Positions 1-11,999 of a stretch of 64,000 nt of DNA are shown in pieces (within the stretch, counting starts at the first letter, position 1; each line of letters begins with the position of its first letter). The stretch covers positions 107,604-171,603 of the forward strand of contig RDEW01000073.1 in NCBI GenBank assembly GCA_011109175.1, given 5' to 3'. Made by a program: the position numbers and the translations under genes. The notes below the pieces were generated by a model. The model searched no databases and was not told the DNA's origin. It was given only the letters and a program-made list of their open reading frames with translations. This DNA comes from Dicyema japonicum. Its lineage: Eukaryota; Animalia; Dicyemida.

Positions 1-236
1 TGGTGGCATTGCACAACTTCTGTGAAAAAAGCCGCAAAATCCCTATCCCTTCTTTACTTCTTCATTGAGACGTGGATGGTGTCGTGCATTACTCCTTATT
101 TCCGGAGTTTGTTATATTTGATTGAATCAGGATTCTCTGTGTAATTGTCCCTGTCTAATAATGGAATCCTTATATTTATTTTAAATTTTTTAAAATTTCA
201 AAATAAATAATTTAAATAACGCATTCATCATTACAA

Positions 237-1248
237 ATGGAATTGGATAGGACTGTATTGGCCGACATAGATACATTCATGTTTGATTGCGACGGTTTCA
301 TTATCACTTTACATCAGGGGTTCTATGGAATGGTCCTTACTTGATAGATGGGGCTGTCGATCTCCTAAATCATTTAATCAATATTGGAAAACGTGTTATA
401 ATAATCTCAAACAACAGCTCCAAATCCCGTATGGACTATTACCAAAAGTTCATCAATATTGGAGTACAGGGAATCTCCAAGGTAGTCCTTCTATTCCTTC
501 CAGAACAATATCGTCTGCACTGCCACCGTGCTGGCTGATTACATTCAGCGGAAATTGTCCCTGACTGGACGTGTCTACATTGTAGGGATGAAGGGGATCG
601 CTGATGAGCTTACTGAGAGGGGCATATCCTGCTACTTCCCTGATAACACTGTGTCCTCCCAAATGGCAGATTTTGTTTTTAAGGAGGACGTATATTCCCC
701 TATTTTAGTTAATAGGTCGGAGCAGTGGTAGTCGGGATATCCCTGTTTTTCAACTACCAGCATCTGAGTGAAGCAAAATTCTACCTAAGTAATCAAAATT
801 GCCACTTATTGGCTGCCAATGACGATATTTCCTACCCAATCCGTCCTGGTTTACATCTCCCAGGTTTTGACCTTTTCTTGGAAACCATAGGAGCGGGGGT
901 TATTTTGCAGGCAATAAAGGCAGCCTCTGAAAGGGATCCATCGATAATTATAGGGAAGCCAAACATTCCCATGGTTGATTACGTCATCGACAATTATGAC
1001 GTCAGAGGTGAGAATATTGGGAGGTGTCTTATGGTTGGAGACAAGTTATGGTATTCTCGATGTTTAGACTTGGGACTGATATTGTGTTTGCTAATAGGCT
1101 TGGGTGTCTGTCATTGTTAGTTTACTCCGGGGTGACTCCACGTGGATTTAAAGGCAGCGAAGATGTTGGAGTTGGTTTATCTTCCTATAATACGAATCCA
1201 ACATATACGGCGGACTCTGTTAAGCAATTATTAAATTTAATTCAATAA
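237..1248 (+). CDS. PGP: HAD-IIA phosphatase (phosphoglycolate/pyridoxal/4-nitrophenyl phosphatase-like), 5 mini-introns
   Basis: Splicing GT-AG introns 295-317 (23 nt), 482-503 (22), 690-715 (26), 864-890 (27) and 1045-1067 (23) joins the ORF fragments. The result has DTFMFDCDGVLW (motif I), IISNNSSKSR, VGAVVVG, IGKP, MVGDK-LGTDI and LLVYSGVT. Confidence 0.88.
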
Positions 1249-1339
1249 TTATGGTTCTATTTTATTAATTTTGAATTAATATTGACAATAATAATAATAA
1301 TGTGTGTCACCTATTTTCATTATTAGGGAGATTTTTATT

Positions 1340-3500
1340 TAGTTCCTTATACAGTAAGAAAAACCAAATCCTGTCGAAAACACATATACAAGTTCATAAA
1401 TCTACACTAACGTTCATCTGTGGAATGCCAAAGCTGGCATGAGAAGGGATAATGGAATCTGCATTGGAAAACATGGCCAAGGCTATCTGGACACTCTCTC
1501 ATTGATTTTTGTATTTGATCAAATCTATGCTGTACCACTACCAGGGTTGGCATAAGAAGGTTTAAAGACGGCGACTATACGTGTATGTAACCAAATAGAT
1601 ATATTATCTGCCCAATATCTTTAAAGAGATTGTTGTCTGACTATTAGCAATAGAGGAACTATAACTGACAGTGAAACTTACGCCGAGTAACAGAATAATG
1701 GAAGAACATTTCTACTGCGCCGGAAGTCATGTAGGCAGACAAAGAATACACTTCCAATCTGCGAAACCCTTTAAGGGCTACGCGAAAGAGCACTTAACTA
1801 ACTATACACAGAGAATGACAGTCATTTTAATATATCTAGTTCCCACGGTCGTAGAAGCAGAGACCGTTCAGCATCACCAGGAATGATGTGGAGTACAACT
1901 TCTTGGTTGAACTGATGACGTGATTCTTAAATTATGTCTTTTTCACACATGTCTAATAATCTATTCACATTGGCGTCATTTAACGTTCGAGGTTTAAAGA
2001 AAAGGGAGGATTTTATGGATGACTTAATATCATATAAGGTCACTATATGCAGTAAACAGGAGACTAAAGTGAAAGATGCGGTTGAGGAGAATTATGGAGA
2101 CTTGTACTACTAGACTCCGAATGCAACCACTACGAACTTGGCTTTGCTATACATCAATGTCTTGATGGGAGAATCCACAGAGTGTGGAGGGTCAATGACA
2201 GAATAGCAGTACTTCAGATTAAGTGTGGGGGACTGATAATTCCTTTAATTAGCTAGAAGCTCCTTCGCGTAGCTCTAAAAGGGTTTTGCTTGAGCCATGC
2301 TTTACAGCCATCCTCCTCGCCATCTCGCTTACACTCGATTTCCATACTGACAGTTTTCAATTTCAGTCGCCTTATCGTCCAAATATTTGTGCCAGAGGTC
2401 ATTCGATCGTTTTCTTATCAATGTGATTACGTTTTCTTTTTGATGCACTTTTATTCGAATTTGAACTTTCAGTTTGAACGTGTTTCCTTTCTGCTGTTCC
2501 GACAATTATCTTATTACGGGGTCATGACGATTTTCTGATGGGAGTAAGATAATCCGGTAGTTTCCAAAGGTTCCTTCGTATCCAAGGGCATTCTTTGTCT
2601 CTTGTAATCAGATGTCAATTTTGTAGCATGACAGATCTTCAGATAGTTGTTCTTTGAATAGAGATGAGAGGCCTCGAACGTTGGTGAACAAGAGTGGCGA
2701 TGGTGAACAAGGAGTTTGAATCTAAGCATGATAAAGACATAATTTTTCCGAGGAAAAACAGAAGCACGTCACTTCAACCATATAATTTCTTTAATCCATA
2801 ATTAATGTCTACGCCCACAATGCCGAGGGTTTCTACAAATCCCGATGAACTTGATCTGTTTTACATGTAATTAACGGATACCATCTCTGAGCTACGACCT
2901 TTTTATGTGAAGATTGGAATGCAAAAGTGAGACACTGTACATGGAGAGAACCCTGTATGGGTAGGCATGCCAGGGGAAGGTGGAATATGTCAAGGAAATC
3001 GCTCGTGCAAATTTGTAACATGCTTGACTACTTCATTTGTAATTCTGCATTCGACCACAATGCGAGGATAAGACTACGTGGACTGGACTCAGAAAGGATG
3101 GAAATGGAGACTATGTCCGGATATACAACCAAATTGATTATGTTATATGTAAAAGATCTCTTGGTGCATTACTAACAGACTCCCGCAGCCATGGAGGCAC
3201 CATCACTCATAGTGATCATAAACTGCTGGTTGCACGTTTCAGAATGAAAAGATATTTTGGAATAGATGGAGCTAGAAAGAAGAGAGCTTATCGTTTTATT
3301 GTGGAAAAATTATGCTTATGTGAGAAGACACGTGAAGATTATTGTATGGCAATTAAGGAGATTGTGAACATAAATATGGAAAATCCCCCAGAGATGATTT
3401 GGAATGCTACTGTTGACGGAATAAAGAAGGCAAGTTAAGGCGTGCTTGGGGAAAGAGGCCGGCAGGATTTAAGGGAGTCTTCGATCACGAAATTGAATCA
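1340..3500 (+). mobile_element. Degraded RTE-clade non-LTR retrotransposon (APE endonuclease fragments), interrupted by an antisense RTE derivative
   Basis: FTLASFNVRGLK...KQETKV at ~1967, NQIDI/LDYFIC and SDHKLL-type motifs; many stops. Confidence 0.65.
2245..2760 (-). mobile_element. Internally deleted RTE derivative (APE C-terminus/linker fused to 3' end)
   Basis: The 3' end matches the RTE 3' end at 52405-52470 (gagccatg.tttacagcc). The minus strand goes from post-APE linker directly to the terminal region. Confidence 0.55.
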
Positions 3501-3509
3501 TCATCAATT

Positions 3510-3900
3510 AATTGTATGGATGATCAGTTACATAGGGAATTGATTCATGTATGAGTAAGCCGCTCTGTCTGAACCATGGTGGAGACGAATAGCTGGGTAA
3601 CTTATAAAATGTGGAGTCTCGGTCTTTGATGCAAACTTCATCCCTTGAATGATAGCAATGTCCGCTGGATTGTTGGCCATGTACAGTTAACACACTTCTC
3701 GGGAAATCTTTTGATGTTCAGCTCGTTAGCTTTGGTGGATGACTTTGATCCAAGGTTAGGTTCAATTTTGCTACACTTAAACAAAAAGTCTGGTAGAAGG
3801 GAGGTCCTGGTGGATATGGATGTAGATCTAGTTCTTACGATCACAGAAGCAGATATCTCCCAATATCGGACAAGTTTAGCTGGAAGAGACGAAAACATCC
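3510..3900 (-). mobile_element. Degraded 5' fragment of Ingi/Vingi-like element (decayed 2A + APE start)
   Basis: Minus strand reads FLFKCSKIEPNLGS (decayed SGDIEPNPGP), then NPADIAIIQGMKFASKTETPHFISYPAIR, matching the DICLIQESKLFTKSSTPLFPGY of the intact copy at ~30950. Confidence 0.55.
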
Positions 3901-4149
3901 AGTCCTAGCAGTTATGGGTACCCAAGAATTCTAATCGAGTGGTGGATAGCAAATGACATTAGTCAGCAGATGACTGAGACGAATTACATGAGGTCATTCT
4001 TCTGCTTCTTCCCTTTAGACTTGGCCTTTTCTGCGGCGATAATCCGTTTACTGCGCTTATAATGTTAAAATAAAGGGGGTTAATTTAGATGGCTTCCCAT
4101 ACTAGAAACTTCCCCTTCTCTAACGGAAAGATGTAATTATGTGAGGCCG

Positions 4150-4440
4150 TTTTCGACTTCTCTGTCCATGGCAGTGGGCTTTAATGAAATCTATAAACGG
4201 ATTGAGTTAGTAATTCCCATAATTGTGTGTTTTAATGTTGGCGCTTTAAGAAGAGAAGTTTGTGATCTTACTTGTCCTGGACTCCCAGGAGCTGATGTGG
4301 ATGTACGGAATCCCCAGGGGATAGCTGATTTGGCAGCCCACATCTTAACTGGGGTTATTTAAGGGATTTTCCACATTAGCAGAAAAGGGGGAGAAATCTT
4401 AGATCATGGAACCCATAAGGAATTGTTAATGACATAACCA
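4150..4440 (+). pseudogene. Possible remnant of an ABC-transporter C-terminus
   Basis: AHILTG...GGEILDHGTHKELLM resembles the AHRLST...G.I.E.GTH.ELL tail of ABCB proteins; has an in-frame stop and no upstream domain. Confidence 0.3.
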
Positions 4441-4576
4441 CGTGTGCAATCAGAACGAACCCCGTAGGTAACCAAATTGTCCCCCTAAGTATATCAGAAT
4501 TATAATTATACCGTAATAGCGTAATATAATTAATATAAATCTGTATAAGTAAACACTTCCGCATATTGCATATCGA

Positions 4577-6367
4577 ATGCCTCTTTCAGTATGTTTGTTT
4601 TTGACTGATTAGCGGAAAATTGTCAAGTCAAAGGGGGGAATTTCGTCAAGAAAGCCGCCAGAAAATGTCTTCAATCTGTTAAACGACGTTGGCGATTCCT
4701 GTAAGGGATTAAATTACTTTAAGCCGAACAACTACAGTTCAATGACATCAGTGGTATTCTGGCCAATTGGGATGGCCAGGAGAAGAATAATACGGATTTT
4801 GATGGATGCTGGAAGAAGGACAAAAAAGATGTCAAAAAGATTTTCTCACTCAGACAGGAAGAAAATAAATCCCCACGTGCTGAGGATAAGGACGCTAAAG
4901 AGTGCGAACAGATTACAAGGGAGGACCAGAGTCCAAAGGTGGAACAGGCTGATCAGACAAAGGAAGTAGAAAATGCAATTACTGAAGGCGTAACCTCAGT
5001 AGGAGACGATAGCCTTGATGGGAAGAAAGATAAATCGATAAAAGATATACTTTTGTCGAAATTTACCCCCAAATCTGATAAAACTAAAAATGAGGACAAG
5101 AAAGCTGGAAAGGTCAAGGAAATCAAGTCCAAAAAGAAGGAATCAAAGACGAGCACTCCTTCGATCCCTGAAAAAGAGGTCGAAAGTCAGGAAGTAGCCG
5201 AGAATTCACCAACGCCTGATAAACCTAAAAAAGAGGACAAGAAAGTTGGAAAGGTTGAAGAAGTCAAACTCAAAAAGAAAGAATCGAAGACTAGCACTGT
5301 CTCGGTTGTGGAAGAAGAGGTCGAAATTCAAGAGGTTGTCAAGACACCACCAATGGCTGATAAACCTAAAAAGGAGGACAAGAAAGCTGCAAAGGTCAAA
5401 GAAGTCAAACTCAAAAAGAAGGAATCAAAGTCTAGTGATGTCTTGGTGGCTGGAGAAGAGGTCGAAACTCAAGAGGTGGCCAAGACACCACCAACGGCTG
5501 ATAAACCTAAAAAGGAGGACAAGAAAGCTGCAAAAGTCAAAGAAGTCAAACCCAAAAAGAAGGAATCGAAGTCTAGTGATGTCTTGATAGCTGGAGAAGA
5601 GTCGAACCTCAAGAGGTACCCAAAACGATGCCTAGAATTGACGATAGCAGTGAAAAGGGTATAAACGCGGAAATAAAAAGGGGGCAATCTTTTGAAACTA
5701 AAAGCCCCGCTTCCCCGGAGTGTCCAAAGGACGTCATAGCTGAGATAAGCCTGAAAGTCGAAAGTACCCTGAAGGCGCAGAACGAACAACCTCAAGAAAC
5801 CGAAAAATGCAGCGAAAACACTAAAAAAATAAAATCCAAAGAAAAGGCAGAAAAAAATCCCAAATCGAAGGAGAAGTCCAATAAGACGGAAGTTTCAAAG
5901 TTCCCGGTGGACGAGAAGGCGAAAGCTGATGATGATATGGCCGAAATTAGCAAAAAGGATCAAAAATCAGAAAAGGAGGACAACTCGAGTAAAGAGAAGT
6001 CGAAGGATGACATAACTCCAAAATCAGAGAAGAGCGAAAAGAAAACTTCAGATAAGGCCAATAAACTGAAAAAACAAGAAGCGGGAAAAAATCCCAAAAC
6101 CGGCAAATGTCTTGACCGATCAGAGTCACAAGAGAATTTTTTGCCCGCCAAAAGTAATTTAAAGTCTTCTTCTAAATCTTTCAAGTATAACATGGGTAAA
6201 GAAGACAAATCAGACTTAATTTTGAAGAAAGATCAAGTATCAAGTGTGGAAGGTGAAAAAGTAATGGAGTTTGTATAGCTTAGAATCCCCCCCAAAAGAG
6301 CGATGATTTGACCAAGGAGGACATAGACCTACAAAAAGAACCAAATAAAGTTGATAAACAAGCTTAG
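4577..6367 (+). CDS. Hypothetical Lys/Glu-rich protein with 47-aa tandem repeats; 3 mini-introns; one frameshift near 5601
   Basis: ATG 4577, introns 4589-4612 (24 nt), ~4701-4723 (23 nt) and 6261-6283 (23 nt) link ORFs 4939-5664 and 5628-6278. Comparison of repeat units shows one missing G at ~5601. Confidence 0.7.
5077..5625 (+). repeat. Coding tandem repeat, 141-bp (47-aa) unit, ~3.9 copies
   Basis: gataaa(c/a)ctaaaaa.gaggacaag recurs at 5077, 5218, 5359 and 5500. Confidence 0.92.
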
Positions 6368-6479
6368 ACAATTAATACTAATTTATTTTATTTTTGAATT
6401 ATTCAATTTAGTACTGAATATTTGAAATCTTTAATTTTTAAATATTTATTTTTGGTCCTAGCTTTCGCATCTATTTGGA

Positions 6480-7340
6480 AGCTGCGTTGAGGGACGTTTG
6501 AAAAGAATTGGGTCACTTAAATAACCATTTTGTGGAATTAATATATGCTGATGACATCGATTTTGTGTCTGAAAATGTGGAGGTACTAAGAACTGTAGTA
6601 GATAAAGCTACAACAGTTCTGGAGAGGTGGTCTTTGAAGGTCAATTCAGAAAAAAAGGAGTTAACTTCGATTCAGCAGTTACCAACACGGATTGATGAGA
6701 AATGGAGACTTACTAAAAGGCTCGGCTCGTTTTTGGGTGATGCTGAGGACATTGCTCGCAGAAAGATGTTGGCATCGTGTGCACTAAAAAAGATGTGGAG
6801 TATTTGGACTCTGAAAACTTATCTCCTTAAATCTTCGGATGCGCTCATATAACTCGATCATACAACCAGTCCTATTATATAACTCGGGAACATGGGAACT
6901 TCAAAAACTGACCTTGACAGACTAGACACATTTCATAGAAATCAATTGAGAAAAATTGCGGGAATCAAATAGCCACAGATTATCAAAAACGACACTCTAC
7001 AAATTATGTAAATGCATACTGATAAGCAGAGAAGTAATTACCTCACGCTGGCGACTTTTCGGACATGTTCTGAGAATGGACGAAGTGATTCCTTGCAATC
7101 AAGTCATGGAAGATTACTATTCAAATCATGGAATTGGATTTCGGGGTCGGCCAAGATGCACGCTTCCCCTCTGCCTGAATAACGATTACGCACTCAAAAC
7201 TGGAGACGATCTTGAGGATATTTGTAAACGCGCGAGGAACAGAGCTAGATAGAGAGGGCTGACTGGGAGGATAGTCGAGTGTACGGCACGAGCGAAACCC
7301 TAGGCATTTTACGTGCTTATGGCAACGCGGAGTGCTATTA
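6480..7340 (+). mobile_element. 5'-truncated RTE (RT C-terminal part) with (TAAC)n tail
   Basis: YADDIDF, RWRLFGHVLR and FRGRPR motifs; ends in taactaactaac. Confidence 0.85.
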
Positions 7341-7364
7341 ACTAACTAACTATTTAACAAAAAA

Positions 7365-7545
7365 ACAAATTTTAGTTTGGAAGCCGGCTGCGTGATCGTG
7401 AACGAGTTCCCTCTGAGTATGCCATTCCAATCTTTTGTCTCAACCAAAACCCTTCTCGTTGATCTTTTTTCTTCATGGCAAGCATTCCTCCGAGTTCGCG
7501 CAAGAACTAAAGCGTCATTGGACCAACGGCTCCTGATGACTCAAC
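7365..7545 (-). mobile_element. CRE-like element 3' end
   Basis: The reverse complement is near-identical to 51945-52120 (gagccgttggtc...caacgagaagggtt...cacgcagc). Confidence 0.8.
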
Positions 7546-7936
7546 CGCCACATTATAATTTATTTATCAATTAAGAATTTAAAATTGTCGGGTACCGAGA
7601 TGAACTTGTAAGGCTGTAAGTTTTATTTTCTATATGGTTGAAATTTTTTCTGCACTTTCCTTTTTTAATTTCTAAAGGGTTTCATGTGATCCATTTGTCT
7701 CAGAGACTCCCAGTGCTTGGCTAACTAGGGCGATTTTTGTCAATAAAGTCAAAAAATCATATGTTTTTTAAAATTGTCTAAAACTTATAAAAATGTGATT
7801 TTTAATCAAAAATATTTTATAAATCAAAAGTTATAAAGTCAAAAAAAGTCAAAATTTAATTTTTAGGTCAATAAAGTCAAATTTTTAGTTATTTTTTATT
7901 TATTAATTTTTAGAGTTTTTGAATAAAATGCATCAC

Positions 7937-8178
7937 AGGTTACGGGTTCGATTCTCGCTGCTGTTCACCTGGTGGAAGGTTCCACGCATCTACGCCGTCA
8001 TCAGTGATACTCACTGCGGAGCTGGATTGTCTAGAAAAGACCCACACACAAGTGAAGATAATTCTTTGGTTCTACGATTAGTTAAAGTTAACTGTTCTTT
8101 ACTTAAATAAAGTGTGTGTCCTGCCTATGCGGAGCTATAAATATTATGGCTCTCGTGAAAAGGATATCATTATTATTA
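7937..8178 (+). mobile_element. tRNA-derived SINE copy A (5'-truncated at the B box); tail interrupted by Tigger
   Basis: Aligns with 29330-29609; GGTTCGATTC B box; (ATT)n tail resumes at 9502. Confidence 0.85.
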
Positions 8179-9501
8179 CAGTGCAACCTCCATTTGGGGC
8201 AGACCTCCTCATTGGGCACATCTATTTTTGGGGCACTCCAAGGTTTTGGGGCAGTTTAAAAATTAGATCATTTTTATACAATAATTTCCAAATTTGGAAA
8301 TTACCTGAACCTCTTAGTGGGGCACTTAATTTTTTTTAATTTATATAAAGTCTTGCAATTAATATTAAATTTAATTATATAAAATTTTCTTAAATTCCGC
8401 GTGCTAGATTTGCGTTTTTGTTGTCATGGGGAGGAAGCTTACTCTGGAGTTAAAGCTTAAAATTGCCCAAGAAATCAACGAAAATTGTTTCATGAGCGAG
8501 CGAGATATTGTCAAAAAGTATAAAATTAGTAAAGGTTATCTGATAATTCTATTGTTTTAGTAGTATCTAGAATTAAACAAAATTATATGAACTTTATAAA
8601 TAATGGGTCCGTACAATTAAAATTGTCTTAGTCAAATTTCACAGAGAAGAGACAGTCTGTCACAGAAATTCGATAAAATTGTTTATGAATGCTTTTTAAA
8701 GCAAGGGAAGAATTTATTCCCGTTTCAGGACCTATTCTTAAAAACCTTTTGCTTGACAATGCAAGTTGTCACAAGAATAATCATTTTTCTAACATTGAGC
8801 TATTTTTTCTGCCAAAAAATGCAACATCATTAATTCAACCCTTAGATAGTTATTAAATCGTTCAAATCCAAATATTTAAATAATTTGATGATTTTACCCT
8901 ATCTTTTGAGGATGATAAGTTTACAATGTCGAATTTAAAGCAAGTAAATCTCAGACAAATAATCAATATTGTTGGGAAGACATGGCAACAAATACACTCT
9001 TAATCAATTACTAATTGTTGGAAGAAAATTGATGAATGTCGTTTTCAAACTCTCTCATTGGTGAATAATGAATTGGAGAGTTTAGATAACATAAAGATAT
9101 ACTGAAAATGATGACGAGAATATATACGACGAAGTAAAATGTACCTATTTTCATTTGGAAACAATAACAGCGATGAATACACTTGAAGATAACATTTTCA
9201 ATTTGTTTCCTGAAGCTTTGAAAGATTATTATAATTTCAGAAAAATATTAGGAATACAAATGAAAAAATCCGCAACCGGAGGGAAATTAACAGACTATTT
9301 TTCTATCGTTAAATAAATTTGTTTTTAATATAATTCTGAAAAATCTATAAAAAAATTATATTATCTATAAATTTAATAAAAAGCAAATTTAAATTGTTAA
9401 ACTGTGGATAAATCTAAAGAAAATGCCCAACCTCCATTTTTGGGAAACCTCTGTTTTTGGGGCATTTTTTTAAATAGGTGCCCCAAATAGAGGTCATACT
9501 G
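8179..9501 (+). mobile_element. pogo/Tigger DNA transposon, internally deleted
   Basis: TIRs CAGTGCAACCTCCATTTGGGGCA / TGCCCCAAATAGAGGTCATACTG, flanking TA dinucleotides, HTH-psq start MGRKLTLELKLKIAQEI at 8426. Confidence 0.85.
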
Positions 9502-9534
9502 TATTATTATTATTAAAAGCACTCCCGAGAAAAC

Positions 9535-10130
9535 ATAAATTAGTTAAGTTTCCCTTGTGCCGTATTCCTAATCATCCTCTTTGTCAACGTCGATCATGAT
9601 CCTCTGTTGCACGCTATTTCTATTAGGTAGTCCAGATCGTCCGCCGAAATTAGTCTCATACCAACCGCCGACAGGTCTTCGTTCAAGATAGTCGAAGTGT
9701 CGTTCTTGGTCTTCCGCAAAATCCGTCTCCTGTGTGTGCGAAGTAGTTGAGCATTGCGAAATTTGAGGGGACCTGGTCATTTAGACGTCTTGATTGAAAA
9801 TATCATCTGACCTAACGCCGTATTTGCATTTATTATAAAGGTTTGCATCAGAGATCTTCATAGGCCAGTTAATCTTGATTTTTGAGCTGAGCTCTGTGGA
9901 AGTTGTAGGTTAGTATCGGGATGACAAAAGCTTTGTATATTCTAAATCTGGTGTTTAGTTCTATCCTCTTCTTGTGGCTAGGTCGCAGTTGGTGTTTCTT
10001 ATGAGGTTGTTTAAGTCCTCTGCAATTGAAAGTTCCCAGAGTGAACGGAGAAGTCGGTAAAGAATACGAATAAGACATAGTGCAATAGAAATGTCGTCAC
10101 CACCTCAACCATAAAAGGTTATTGTTTGTG
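9535..10130 (-). mobile_element. ~600-bp internally deleted RTE (5' UTR + APE start fused to C-terminus)
   Basis: TLGTFNCRGLK...HQLR joined directly to TRFRIYKAFVIPILTYN and the terminal DDLDYL region; TAAC-type tail. Confidence 0.72.
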
Positions 10131-10137
10131 TAAAAGG

Positions 10138-11990
10138 CAAGGTTGTTAGATTTAGATCATTTGATTTTAATCAACAAAAAAATCAATGATTTAAATCATT
10201 AAAAAAAATTAAATGATTTTTTTTTTAATCTGGAAGAAAGCGTGATGCCTTGTGGGTTCACTTCGATAAACGTATTATTCCTGGAAAGACCGGGAGTCGA
10301 GCTAGATACCGTAATTGCGGGAAGGAGGTATAAGGTCTCAGATGAGGCAGCATCATTTGTTATGTCGAACTAATATTGATATCTCTGAAAATCTGTTGAA
10401 ACCTGATAGTGATTTTATAAGCGAATTCCTCCCATGGATGAGGGACCAGTCTTTAATCAATTTCTTTACTACGACGACGTCATCGAGGAAAAATTTGATT
10501 GACATGCAACTCGCTAGATAGATATATTCCAGTAACACTCCTTTTGCTGCTGTAAAACATCCGGATTTTGTCAAATTCGTCCAATTGCTTCTTCCTGAGA
10601 ATCGTATACCCTCTCATCATCAAATTGGTGGTCCATTGCTCGATCGTGTGTACGACCAAATACATGAAGACTGTTGGCAAAGACTCCAGGACAAGACAGT
10701 GTCTATTATGTTGGACGGGTGGAGTAACATTCATAATGAATCCGTTATTTATTTGTCAGTTGTAACATCGGATGGAGAAAGTTTTCTAATTGACACTGTG
10801 ACACCTCTGGATTGGGCTGAACATTATGAATATGCTCTTCCGACTCTGATTAATTTCAGAGCAAAAGCTGATTCATTCAAACTATACATGTTCGTTCCGG
10901 AATTGTTACCTTAAAGTAATTTCACTCTGCAAAAATCTTAGAGCAGTTGCTTCCACAGGTGGAATTAGAACGATTTTTTTTCGACTTTTGGATTTTTACA
11001 TTCAAATGGCTGGGAATTGTAAAAGCTGCCAACCATATACCTTGAATCTGCACTCCGCGACCTCCGTAAATGCTATATAGGAGACATAGAAGAGACATCT
11101 TATGCGGATGATGTGGATTTTGTATCACGGGATGTGACCGCACTCCAACACCTGCTAGAAAATGCACCTGCGGAGCTTGAGAAATGGTTTCTCAGCGTAA
11201 ATGTTAACAAAACTGAAATTACGGAAATCAAAAGAGAAGACGATATTACTCATGAAAGATGGAGACGTACTAATAAGCTCGGCTCTCTACTAGGAGACGC
11301 TGAAGATGTACTAAGGAGGAAAACACTGGCAAATGCGGCAATGGCTAAACTGAAGAAAGGATGGCTAAGGGCCAAAGGACTTGGAATTGACATCAGATGC
11401 AGGCTTTACAACGCGTTTGTGAAACCGATCCTACTGTATAACGCTGGGACATGGGGAAGTTCCTTCAACGAACTATTGAAACTGGATTCGTTCCATAGAA
11501 GGCAACTAAGAAGCTTACTCGGAATGGAGTGGCCACGTAGAATATCAACCACTGGTATCTACAACAAGTGTATGTGTTCTTACATCAGCAAGGATGTGAT
11601 AGATGCCCGGTGGAGGCTATTTGGGCATGTACTAAGAATGAACCCGGACGCACCCGCTAACAAAGCGATGGAAGATTACTTTGACAGATGCGAAAAACCC
11701 TTCCGCGGACGACCTAGATCGACACTTCCGACAGCCCTAAACAAAGACTTAAATCGCGTGAGAAAAAATCTAAAGACGGGAGACGACCTGGACGAATTGA
11801 GATCACTCGCATTCGACAGAGGAAGATGGAAAAGACTAACTATAAATATTGTTTCTTTGAGTGTTGCACATGCGGGGCTATAATCATTATGGCTTTCGTG
11901 AAAGTGCTTAAATAATAATTTGTTTCCGAATAAAAAATCATTTAATTCAAAAAAATCTGATTTAAATCAAAAAAATCCTGTTTAAATCTA
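10138..11990 (+). mobile_element. hAT DNA transposon remnant containing an RTE insertion
   Basis: NTPFAAVKHPDF...IMLDGWSNI transposase motifs; GATTTAAATC-rich subterminal arrays at both ends; 8-bp direct repeat TAAAAGGC at 10131 and 11989. Confidence 0.72.
11060..11915 (+). mobile_element. 5'-truncated RTE, open 256-aa RT C-terminus; putative partner LINE of the SINE
   Basis: ORF 11113-11883 has YADDVDF, ILLYNAGTW, RWRLFGHVLR and RGRPR; (TAA)n tail. Confidence 0.9.
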
Positions 11991-11999
11991 AAAGGCTTA

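Noticed and set aside
1900-1925. Hammerhead ribozyme cores (CTGATGA here and at ~47948)
   Set aside because: No stem II followed by GAAA and no closing helices could be built.
3645-3908. Endogenous viral ORF on the plus strand
   Set aside because: Better explained as the antisense of a decayed 2A-APE retroelement fragment.
7730-7900. CRISPR-like or regulatory array (ATAAAGTCAAA repeats)
   Set aside because: Short, irregularly spaced AT-rich motifs in a eukaryotic context with no cas genes; more like transposon subterminal repeats.
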